Of a stretch of DNA of 64,000 bases, positions 1-16,800 are shown one piece after another. The notes under the pieces were generated by a model. That model was not told the origin of the DNA. It did no database searches and saw only the letters and a list, made by a program, of their open reading frames with translations. Position numbers and translations under genes: made by a program. Position 1 is the first letter of the stretch. The number at the start of each line of letters is the position of its first letter. The stretch comes from the human T2T-CHM13v2.0 reference genome, Homo sapiens: assembly GCF_009914755.1 (NCBI RefSeq), contig NC_060933.1; one strand, written 5' to 3'.

Positions 1-57
1 GCCCACCTCAGCCTCCCAAAGTACTAGGATTGCAGGCGTGAGCCATCACACTCGGTC
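1..57 (-). mobile_element. Alu 5' end (element continues outside the window)
   Basis: gcctcccaaagtactaggattgcaggcgtgagcca. Confidence 0.85.
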
Positions 58-370
58 TGACAAATTATGGTTTTTAACATTTTTTACACCTGACTGCACC
101 CAAAAGAGTACATTTACTATGGAGTTCAGTAAATATCTATTTTAAAAAAAAAGTCCCATAGCATTTTTAAAAATATGAACTCAACATCTCTTTGTATCAA
201 TAAAAGTGAGATATAGATTTGATTTATGTATCTCTAGTTCACCTAAGTTCACTCAGATAGTAGACAGACTGAATACTAATTGAGGAGATTAATCACAAGC
301 AGTTCATATCCAAACACTGAAAAATGTAGTAAATATCTGATGAATGAGTTGATGAATATTCATTTTTCTC

Positions 371-603
371 CATATATATATATATATATATATATCCCTT
401 TGACATAGTCTCTGTGCATGTTTTTGTGCATGAATGTATGTGTATGTGTTTGTGTATATATAGACACATGTATATATACACACATACGTATATATACATA
501 TATGTTTATATATGTATATATGTGTTTTATATATACATGTGTATGTGTATACATATATATGCACACGTATATACTCATATGTATATACACACACATATAT
601 ATG
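371..603. repeat. (TA)n / (TG)(CA)-mixed microsatellite
   Basis: Alternating purine-pyrimidine low-complexity tract; accounts for the spurious Y/I/H-rich ORFs. Confidence 0.95.
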
Positions 604-1100
604 TTTCTGAGCTAGAGTCTGGGTATGTTTCTTCATAAGAAAATTTTATGCCTCCAAAGTATTTCCACATTATTTATAATAATATATAATAACATCACAT
701 TGTGTAAGTAATAACATTAGTTTATCATCCATTTATTCTTTATCCAGCATAGGTAGAATTAGATGGTTCAAAATTGCAAAGAGAAACATAATTTATTTTG
801 GAAGATTGTACATTTTTGTAAGTTTCTAAAAAGCTAAAAACTTTCATGAATTTTGTACTTGAGAAATTACTGTGATTCCTTTGTTAATTCATAAACCTAA
901 TGGTATAACCATCACCTTTCTGACTGCCATGCTATCTTAACATTTTTAATTTGGGGAGGGGTTCTAAACTTTGTATCCCAATTATATTCTGGTGATAACA
1001 GCTTAGTAGGTTTATTGACAAAAAAATATTTGTTTAGGTAGCTTTCATATAGGCTGTTAAGTTTATTTGTGGTGTCCTGAACAGTTCCTTTCTGCTATTC

Positions 1101-6102
<5,002 letters not shown>

Positions 6103-6112
6103 TATTTTCTAG

Positions 6113-6478
<366 letters not shown>

Positions 6479-6904
6479 TGTAGGTTTTTGATTTGAGGTT
6501 ACCATGAGGCTGGCAGATAACATCTTATAACCCATTATTTTAAACTGATGACAACCCTAAGTTCAAAAACACACTAACAAGTGAGCAAAGAGAAAACTAA
6601 TAAAACCTTTAAACTTTGACTTCATCCTTTTGCTTTTTAACATTTTGTTGTTTTTATTTGTATCTTGCTATATGCTATGTCTTGAAAATTTGCTGTAATT
6701 ATTATTATTTTTGATAGGTTCATCTTTTCATCTTTCTATTCAAGATATGAATAGTTTATATACCATAGTTACAGTGTTATAATATTCTGTGTTTTTCAGC
6801 ATACCTACTATTACCAGTGAGTTTTGTACCGTCACATGATTTCTTTTTGCTTGTTAACATCCTTATCATTCAGATTGAAGAACTCCCCTTAGCATTTCTT
6901 ATAG

Positions 6905-7332
<428 letters not shown>

Positions 7333-9287
7333 TAATTTTTTTTCCTTTGGCACTTTAAATATGTCATGACACTCTCTCCTTGCCTATAAGGTTTCCACTG
7401 AAAAGTCTGCTGCTAGATATATTGCAGCTCCTTTGTATGTTATTTCTTCTCTCTTGCAGCTTGCTTGGTCCTTGCTTTATCCTTGACTTTCGGGAGTTTG
7501 ATTATTAAATGTCTTGAGGTAGTCTTATTTGGGTTGAATCTGCTTGGTGTTCTATAACCTTCCTGTACATGAATGTTGATATCTTTCACCAGGTTTGGAA
7601 AGTTCTCTGTTATTGTCCCTTTGAATAAACTTTCTACCCTTATCTCTCTCTGTACCTCCTCTTTAAGGCCAGCAACTCTTAGATTTGCCTTTTTGAGGCT
7701 ATTTTCTAGATCTTGTAGGCATGCTTTATTTTTTTATATCCTTTTTTCTTTTGTCTCTTCTGACTGTGTATTTTCCAATAGCCTGTCTTCAAGCTCACTC
7801 ATTATTCTTCTGCTTAATCAATTCTGCTGTTGTGGGACTCTAATGCATACTTCAGTATGTCAATTAAATTTTTCAGCTCCAGAATTTCTGCTTGATTTTT
7901 CAAAATTATTTTAATCTCTTTGTTAAAGTTATCTGATAGGATTATGAATTCCTTCTCTGTGATATTTTGAATTTCACTGAGCTTCCTCAAAGCAGCTATT
8001 TTGAATTCTCTGAAAGGTCACATATCTCTGTTACTCTGAGATTGGTCACTGGTACCTTATTTAGTTCACTTGGGAGGTCATGTTTTCCTAGATGGTCTTG
8101 ATGCTTGTGGATGTTTGTCAATGTCTGGGCATTGAAGAGTTAGGTGCTTACTATAGTCTTTGCAGTTTGAGCTTGTTTGTACCCTTCCACCTTGGGAAGG
8201 CTTTCCAGGTATTCAAAGGGAATTGGATATTGTTATCTAAGTCTTTGGTTACTGCAGCTGTATCTGCATTAGGGGTCACCCCAAGCCTAGGAAAGTAACA
8301 CTGTGATGCTTGCAGGCTCATAGTTATACCATCTTGGTGGTCTTGCATAAGTCTGAGAGAATTTCCTGGATTACCTGGCAGAGACTCTTGTTCTCTTCCC
8401 TTACTTTCCCCCAAACGAATGCAGTCTCTCTGTCCATGCTAAGCTGCCTAGAGCTGGGGTTGGGGTGACACAAGCACCCCTGTGTCCACCACCACTGAGA
8501 CTGCACTGGGTCAGAACTGAAGCCAGCACAACACTGGGTCTCACCCAAGGCCCGCAGCAACCACTGTCTGACTACTTGCCAGTGTTCACTCAAGGCCCAA
8601 GGGCTGGTCAGTCAGCAGGTGGTAAATCCAACCAGGCTTGTGTTCCCCTCTTCATGGCAGTGAGCTCCCCTCCCCAGCACAGGGAAGGCCCACGGATGCT
8701 ATCTGGAAGCCAGGGCCTGGAGTTGGGAACCTTAGGAATCTACTTGATACTCTATGCTACTGTGGCTGAGCTGGTACCCAAACCACAACACAAAGTCCTT
8801 CTTACTCTTCCCTCTCCTTTCCTCAAGTAGGAGTCTCTGCCTATGGTCACCATCACCTCCAGCCCATGGCAAGTACTTCCTGGCTACCACTGAAGTTCAC
8901 TCAAGGCCCAAGTTCTCTTCAGTCAGCTTGTGGTGAATGTTGCCATGCCTGGGTCTCTCCTTTAAGGGCAGTGGGCTCCCCTGTGGCTGAGGACATGTCC
9001 AGAAATGCCATCCAGAAGCCAAGTCCTGGAATTGGGGTTGCCAGGAGCCCACTTCGTGCTCTAACCCACCATGGTCAAGCTGGTACCCAAGCTGCAAAAC
9101 AAAGCCTCCTTTACTCTTCCCTCTCCTTTTCTCAAGCAAAAGGAGTCTCTCCTCATGGCCAAGGCAGCTGGGAATGTGCTGGGTCACACCTGAAGCCAAC
9201 ACTGTAATGGATCTTACTTAAGGCCCGTGCGGAGTACTGCCTGGCTATAGCTGATGTTTATTCAAAAACCCAAAACTCTGAAAACTA

Positions 9288-9860
9288 AGGCAAATGCAAA
9301 TTAAAACCACTATAATATACCACTACACACCTAGTAGAATGGCTGAAATCAAGAACACTAACCATACTAAGTGTTGGTGAGGATGCAGAAAACCAGACCT
9401 CTCATAAGCTGTTGGTGGGAATGTAAAATGACACCACTATTTTGGAAAAAAGTTTGACAGTCTCTTAAGTTAAGCACACACTTACCATATGACCTGGCAG
9501 TTCCACTCCTAGGTATTTGTCTGAGGGAAATGGAAGCTTATGTCCCTAAAAAGACCCATACATGATTATTCATACTTGCTTTATCAGTAATAGCCAAAAA
9601 GCGGTAACAGCCCAAATGTTCAGGTGAATGATTAAACAAATTATGGTATAACCAGACAGTGGAATAATACTGAGTAATAAAAAGGAATGAAGTACTGATA
9701 CATGCTACAACATAATTAAACCCCAAAATGATTATTCTTTGAAAGAAGCCAGGCAAAAAAAGAGCACATATGGCATGATTCTTTTTATATAAAATTCTCA
9801 AACTATCCACATAGAAAGGAAGTCAAAAAATAAAATACAATTCTTAAAATGTAAAACATG
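9288..9860 (+). mobile_element. Ancient L1M (L1MC/ME-like) 3' fragment
   Basis: gcaaatgcaaattaaaaccac...gttggtgaggatgcag...ccactcctaggtattt, typical of L1 ORF2 end and 3'UTR. Confidence 0.75.
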
Positions 9861-10339
9861 TAAACTATATAGTGCACATTTTTATGTTTTGGCTGCCCAG
9901 AATCCGAACACCCTTTTAAAGGAGGAATCCTAAATTTGAGAGGCAGCAGTATCCTTCTGTCCAGAATGGAAGTTGAAATAGAAATTTTCTCTTCCCACTT
10001 CTTGCAGCTAAAACATGGGCACATGACCCAAATTACCTGGCATTCTAAGGCCATGCTAATAAGATGGTACTACCCAGGACTATGTAAACTACCTGAGACT
10101 TTGACCCTTAAGGGGGTTCAGTTTGAGGTTATTTGAAGTGGAGTCAAGGATTAACATTACAGCGGATGTTTCCAAGAGTATGGAGGTCAGTAGTGAGATA
10201 TTGAGTGTCAGGGTGATGGGGTCAAGGTTGGTGTTCAAACAGATTATTCCTATGGCAGGATCTTATCTGTGCATTTCCTCCCTCAGATCCTATTTCTCTC
10301 TCTGCAACTATTTGTAAACACTGTGAGCCACTTCCTACT

Positions 10340-10660
10340 GTTCTGTAGTAGACATTACTATTACTCACCACTATCCAGATCTCTCTTCCTTCCTAGACTC
10401 CACTTACTAGCCCTCTTGGACTTGGGGAGGTGCATGTGATAAGTCCAGTTGAGGCCCTGAAGAGCTCCTGCATGATTCTCTAGTGTCTCTCCTGACATGG
10501 CGACCAGCAGCATTCCAGAGAGTGGGCCTTCCATCATTCTGGGTCCCCAAATGACAATATGGAACAGACTTCCTCCCCCCAACCTTCACTGGCTCTGTAG
10601 GATGAGTAAGAAACTTTTCTTATGTGTGTTAGGCCACTAATATTTGGGAGTTTAATATTC
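10340..10660 (+). mobile_element. MaLR LTR (MLT1-like), inside an older ERVL-type LTR region (about 9870-10740)
   Basis: gcatgtgataagtcc...tgagtaagaaacttttcttatgtgtgttaggccactaatatttggg resembles MLT1. Confidence 0.5.
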
Positions 10661-10852
10661 TGATCCAATATCCAAGAATTTATCCATTCCATAAATTCTT
10701 TCTGTTTAGATGAATCAGGATTGGTTTCTGTGCCCTGACAAATTCAGGTGTTGGTACTATAGTGAGAATTGTAGGCAGCATAGAGATAAGAGGAATCTAG
10801 AATTGGTTATCAGGCCTTGTTTGGAGATAAAGGCAATTAAAAAATCATACTA

Positions 10853-13800
10853 GGAGCAAAGTCACCAAAATGGCAAAGAAGAAACAATCTGGCTTTACTG
10901 TCCCCCACAGAAAACCAAAAACAATATCCATTGCCAAGATTATCACTAGCAATGTCTCAGAACTCAAAGTTGAGGCTTAGACAATCCGTAGGGCCACAGG
11001 GAAGTGAAAAACTTCGAGTATACAGTAAGAGAAATAGGCTTCTCCATCCATGATACCCTTCCGCAGTCTACCATGCACCAGGTATGGAAAGTTCCTCCCA
11101 GACTCATGGTTTCTACACTGGAAAAAGTGAGATTGAAGCCAGCAGCCAGCTTCACCATCACATTGGGTTCCCTTGCAGGAAAATCATTCCTGCCTCATCT
11201 TATGGGAAGCATTGCGAGTTCCTGTAGGGAGAAAAACTCCTGAGGGCAGCTAGAAACAAAGAGAGGAGGCAGGAGTACTAACCCCAGCCCTCAAAATTCT
11301 GCTCTTTATCTCAGCCAAAGGAGATGCCAAATCAGAGTTGCTGTTCAGCAGCACCACGCTGTGGGAGGCACATGCTCCACAGGTCTTCTGGACACGAACC
11401 CCTAGCCAGCCTTCCCACACATCTGGGGTATTCCCTTTAGAACCCTTTGCTCAATCTAGGACCAGCAATGCTGTCTTAGTCTGTTTTTGTTGCTATAAAG
11501 GAATACCCAAGGCTGAGTAATTTATAGAGAAAAGATGTTTATTTGGCTCATGGTTCTACAGGCTGTATAAGCAGCATGGCACTGGCATCTGCCTCTGGTG
11601 AGGGCCTCAGCTACCACTCATAGCAGAAGGAGAAGGGGAACTGATGTGTGCAGAAATCACATGGCAAGAGAGGAGGCAAGAGAGAGAGGTAGGGAGGTGC
11701 CAGGTTCTTTTTAACAACTGGCTCTATAGCTTTCAAAGGAATTAACAGAGCAAGAAATCACTCATTACTATGAGGACCACACCAAGACATTCATGAGGGT
11801 TTTGCCCCCATGACCAAAACACCCCCAATTAGGCCCCATCCCCAACATTGAGGATCAAATTTCAACATGAGGTTTGGAGGGGCCAAATATGCAAACTATA
11901 GCAAGTGCTTTGAATGTTTATAAAAGCCGAGGCAAACTGGGGTTTAAGGCACCATGTTCTAGTCCTAAAAAGGAGGCAATGATCTGGGCTTAGGGAACTC
12001 ACAGGCAGCTGCAAAGAACCTCTAAGGAAACATGCCATAGAGAGACCAAAACAAACCAAACAACAAAGATGGTAATAAATATCTAATTCCTCAATGTGAA
12101 GCCATAAACGTACATTTATAAGAAACAACAGCAAATGAAATCATGACCTCCACAAATGAACAAAGCAAGGAGCCAGTGACCAACACTTACAAGAGGTTAA
12201 TGTGTGAGCTTTACTATTAATTCTACTCAAGCAATTCCAAAGAATTGAAGAGAAAGGAATACTTCCAAACTCATTTTACAGACCAGGATTACCCTGATAC
12301 CAAAACCAGACAAGGACATAACCAAAAAAAGCAAACTAGAGGCCAGTATCTCTGATAAACATACATGCAAAAATCCTCAACAAAATGCTAGCAAACCAAA
12401 TACAATAACACATTAAAAATATCATTCACCATCATCAAGTGGGATTCATCTCAGGGATACAAGGATGATTTAACATAAGCAAATCAATAAATATGATACA
12501 TAACATTAACAGAATCAAGAGCAAAAGCCATATGATAATTTCAATAAATGCTGAAAAAGCATTCAATGAAATTTAACATTCTTTATGATAATAATTCTCA
12601 ACTAACTGGGTATAAAAGGAACTTCAAAATAATAAAGGCATGTATAACAGACATACAGTTAACATCATACTTAATGGGGGAAAATTAAAAGCCTTTTCTC
12701 TAAGAACACTGTCTCCTTTTCAGGAGTAGATGATGCCTTAAGCCCAGGTTTGTCTCAGCTCTCACAAACATTCAAAGCATTTGCTGTGGTTTGGATATAG
12801 CAGGGAGGCCTACTTCTACCACTTTTATTCAACATAGTACTGGAACTCCTCGCCAAAGCAATTAGGCAAGAGAAAGAAATAAAAGGCATCCAAATTGGAA
12901 AGGAAGAAATCAAAGTATCCTTGTTCACAGACAACATCATATTTAGAAAAACCTAGACTTTACCAAAAAACTGCTTTTGGCATCACACTACCTGACTTCA
13001 ACATATATACTACAAAGCCATAGTAACAAACACAGCATGGTACTGGCATAAAAACAGAAACATAGACCAATGGAACAGAATAGAAAACTCAGAAATAAAT
13101 TTACACTTTTATAACCAACTCATTTTTGACAGACACCAAGAACATACCTTGGGGAAAAGGACAGTTTCCTCAATAAATGGTGCTGGAAAAACTGGGTAAC
13201 CATGTACAGAAGAATGAAGCTAGACCCCTAACTCTCACCAAGTAAAAAATCAAATCAAAATGAATTGAAGACTTAAATCTAAGACCCGAAACTCTGAAAC
13301 TGCTAGAAGAAAACCTTAGGGAAACACTTGAAGACATTGGTTTGTGCAAAGACTTTTTGGGTAAGATCTAAAAAGCATAGGCAACAAAAGCAAAAATAGA
13401 CAAATGGGACCACATGAAGCTGAAAGCCTCTGAACAGCAAAGGAAACAATTAACAAAGTGAATAAACAACTCACAGAATGGGAGAAAATAATTGCAAACT
13501 ATCCATCTGACAGGAGATTAATAACCAACATATGTAAGGAGCTCAAACAACTCAATAGCAGAAAAACCCAAACAATCCAATTTAAAAATGAGCAAAAGAT
13601 CTGAGTAGACATTTCTTGAAAGAAGACATACAAATGGCCAACTGGTATATTTAAAAATGCTCAGCATCACTAATCATTAGGGAAATTCAAATCAAAACTA
13701 CAGTGAAATATCATCTCACCTCAGTTAAAATGACTTATCAAAAAGACAAAAAATATTAGATGCTGATGAGGATGCAGAGAAAGGAGAATGCTCATACACT

Positions 13801-14616
13801 GTTGGTAGGAATGTAAATTACTATAGCCACTATGGAAAATAGCATGGAGGTTCCTCAAAAAACTAAAAATAGAACTACCCTATGATCCAGCAATCCCATT
13901 GCTAAATCCAAAAGAAAGAAAATCTTTTGAATCCAAAAGAAAGGAACCCAAAGGAAAGGAAATCTTCATTTGAATCCAAAAGAAAGGAAATCACTATATT
14001 GAAGTAATATCTGCACTCCCATGTTTCCTGCAGCACTATTCACAATAGCCAAGATATTGAGTCAACCTGTGTCCAACAACAGATGAGTGGATAAAGAACA
14101 AGTGGTATAGATACACAATGGAATATTACTAAGCCATAAAAAAGAATGAACTCCTGTCATTTGTGGCAACGTGGATGGAACTGGAGATCATGTTAAGTGA
14201 AATAAGCTAGGCACAGAAAGACAAATTTTACATGTGCTCACTCATGTTTGGGTGCCAAAAAAATGGATCTCATGGAGGTAGAGAGTTGATTGGTGGTTAT
14301 TAAAGGTTGAGAAAGGTAGGGGTATGGGAAGATGAAGAAAAGTGAATTAATGAGTAAAAAGTACAAAAGTACAATTAAATAGAGGTAATAAGATCTAGTC
14401 TTTGAAAGTACAGTCGGGTGGCTATAGTCAAAAATAATATATTGTATAGTTCCAAATAGCTAGAAGAAAGTAATTGGAATGTTCCCAAGATAAGGAAACA
14501 TGTTTGAGATTATGGATATCCCAGTTACCCTGATTGGATCATTATACACTGTATGCATTTATCAAAATATTACATGTACCCCCTAAATATGTACAACTAT
14601 TATGCATCAATAAAAA
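10853..14616 (+). mobile_element. L1MA-type LINE-1 with both ends and a TSD but large internal deletions
   Basis: 5'UTR, ORF2 fragments (12220-14200) and an L1MA-type 3'UTR ending aataaaaaa; TSD aaaaatcata(c/t)tag at about 10839 and 14612. Confidence 0.85.
11472..11903 (-). mobile_element. MST (MSTB-like) MaLR solo LTR inserted in the L1MA 5'UTR
   Basis: tgtcttagtctgtttttgttgctataaaggaatacc...caaactatagca; 5-bp TSD aatgc/agtgc. Confidence 0.88.
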
Positions 14617-14737
14617 ATCATATTAGTATTCAAAAATAAGTATCTAGAAGCCTGAGGAATATATTAGTAAACAGCTAATTAAATTATCCCTGCAGTCACA
14701 TGAATAAGGTCACTATTGATGCCAAAGACTTTTGGCA

Positions 14738-15110
14738 TGCTGTGGTTTGAATGTGTCCCCCAAATTTCATGTGTTGGAAATTTAATCCCCAAATTCGTGT
14801 GTTGATGGCATTTGAAGGTGGGGCCTTTGGGAAAAAATCAGGATTAGATAAGGCCATCAGATGAGGCCCTCTGATGAGAATGGTGGCTTTATAAGAAGAA
14901 AAAGAGAGATCTGAGCTGGCAAGCTCTTGACCTCTTGCCATGTGATGTCCTCCACCATGTTATGATGAGGAAGAAGGCCCTCACCAGATGCCAGCCCCTC
15001 TACCTTGGGCTTCCCAGCCTCCAGAACCATGAGCTAAATAAAATTCCACTCTTTACAAATTACCCAGTCTGTGGTATTCTGTTATAGCAACAAAAAAATG
15101 GACTAAGGGC
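14738..15110 (+). mobile_element. MST-family MaLR solo LTR
   Basis: tgctgtggtttgaatgtgtccc...tggtattctgttatagcaacaaaaaaatggactaag. Confidence 0.85.
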
Positions 15111-15133
15111 AATTATGGTTCTTGCTATAAAAA

Positions 15134-16101
15134 TGTGGGGAAAAGCAAGAGAGATCAGATTGTTACTGTGTCTGTGTAGAAAGAAGTAGACATAGGAGAC
15201 TCCATTTTGTTATGTGCTAAGAAAAATTCTTCTGCCTTGAGATTCTGTTAATCTATGACCTTACCCCCAACCCCGTGCTCTCTGAAACGTGTGCTGTGTC
15301 AACTCAGGGTTGAATGGATTAAGGGCGGTGCAGGATGTGCTTTGTTAAACAGATGCTTGAAGGCAGCATGCTCCTTAAGAGTCATCACCACTCCCTAATC
15401 TCAAGTACCCAGGGACACAAAAACTGCGGAAGGCCGCAGGGACCTCTGCCTAGGAAAGCCAGGTATTGTCCAAGGTTTCTCCCCATGTGATAGTCTGAAA
15501 TATGGCCTCGTGGGAAGGGAAAGACCTGACCATCCCCCAGCCCGACACCCGTAAAGGGTCTGTGCTGAGGAGGATTAGTATAAGAGGAAGGCATGCCTCT
15601 TGCAGTTGAGACAAGAGGAAGGCATCTGTCTCCTGCCTGTCCCTGGGCAATGGAATGTCTCGGTATAAAACCCGATTGTATGCTCCATCTACTGAGATAG
15701 GGAAAAACCGCCTTAGGGCTGGAGGTGGGACCTGCGGGCAGCAATACTGCTTTGTAAAGCACTGAGATGTTTATGTGTATGCATATCCAAAAGCACAGCA
15801 CTTAATCCTTTACATTGTCTATGATGCCAAGACCTTTGTTCACGTGTTTGTCTGCTGACCCTCTCCCCACAATTGTCTTGTGACCCTGACACATCCCCCT
15901 CTTTGAGAAACACCCACAGATGATCAATAAATACTAAGGGAACTCAGAGGCTGGCGGGATCCTCCATATGCTGAACGCTGGTTCCCCGGGTCCCCTTATT
16001 TCTTTCTCTATACTTTGTCTCTGTGTCTTTTTCTTTTCCAAATCTCTCGTCCCACCTTACGAGAAACACCCACAGGTGTGTAGGGGCAACCCACCCCTAC
16101 A
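15134..16101 (+). mobile_element. HERV-K(HML-2) LTR5_Hs solo LTR, 968 bp, intact
   Basis: Starts tgtggggaaaagcaagagagatcagattgttac and ends ggggcaacccacccctaca; perfect 6-bp TSD TAAAAA; TATAAAA at 15664-15670; AATAAA at 15926-15931. Confidence 0.97.
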
Positions 16102-16532
16102 TAAAAATATACAATGATTATGACAACAATGATAATGACAGCTACCACTCATATAACTCTTACTATGTGCCAGCCACTGTCCTAAGAACTTTGTATATAT
16201 TAACTTAATGAAATAAAGGACATAAATAAACCAACAGCCAACAGACAGATTAAATGGCTGCATCTAATGGTACTAGAGAGCTTAAATAAAAAGCACAAAT
16301 CTGAAGTCAAAGTGTCCTTTGCAGAAGCTGCATCCTTCATGTATTTTGGACTTCCTCTGCCCCTCTAGCCCTAGGGATGGTTGCAGCTTCTCAGTTTCTT
16401 CACTGTCCCTTTTAGCTTCTTATCAATTCCATCATCTGTGTAACCAATTTTCACATGAGAATCTCTCATTTGAAATACCCATATTTTCCTGATTGGACCC
16501 TTATTTGATATAGTTTGTAGTACTAGGAGTTT

Positions 16533-16800
16533 TCTGTTATCAGTCTTTGCTGTATAACAAACCACCCCAAACCTGAATGGGTTAAAGCAACAATGCTTTA
16601 GCATTTCTCATGAATCTATGGGTCATTTGTGTGGTTCTGTTGATCTAGGCCCGGCTCAGCTAATCTCAGCTAGGGAGCACTCATGGTAGGTCTGTTGGAG
16701 GCGTGCTGGTTCATATTCACGTAACTAGCTGTTGGAAAACTGTCATCTGGGGGCAATGCAAAAGGCCATGGATAATAATGGCCATTTATGCAAACTACCA
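16533..16800 (-). mobile_element. MLT1-type MaLR LTR inserted in the ERVL leader
   Basis: tttgctgtataacaaaccaccccaaacctgaatgggttaaagcaac. Confidence 0.65.

Noticed and set aside
293-638. Overlapping Y/I/H/C-rich ORFs
   Set aside because: Artefacts of a TA/TG microsatellite.
15385-15913. ORFs within LTR5_Hs
   Set aside because: Antisense open frames inherent to the LTR sequence; no viral internal genes are present (solo LTR).
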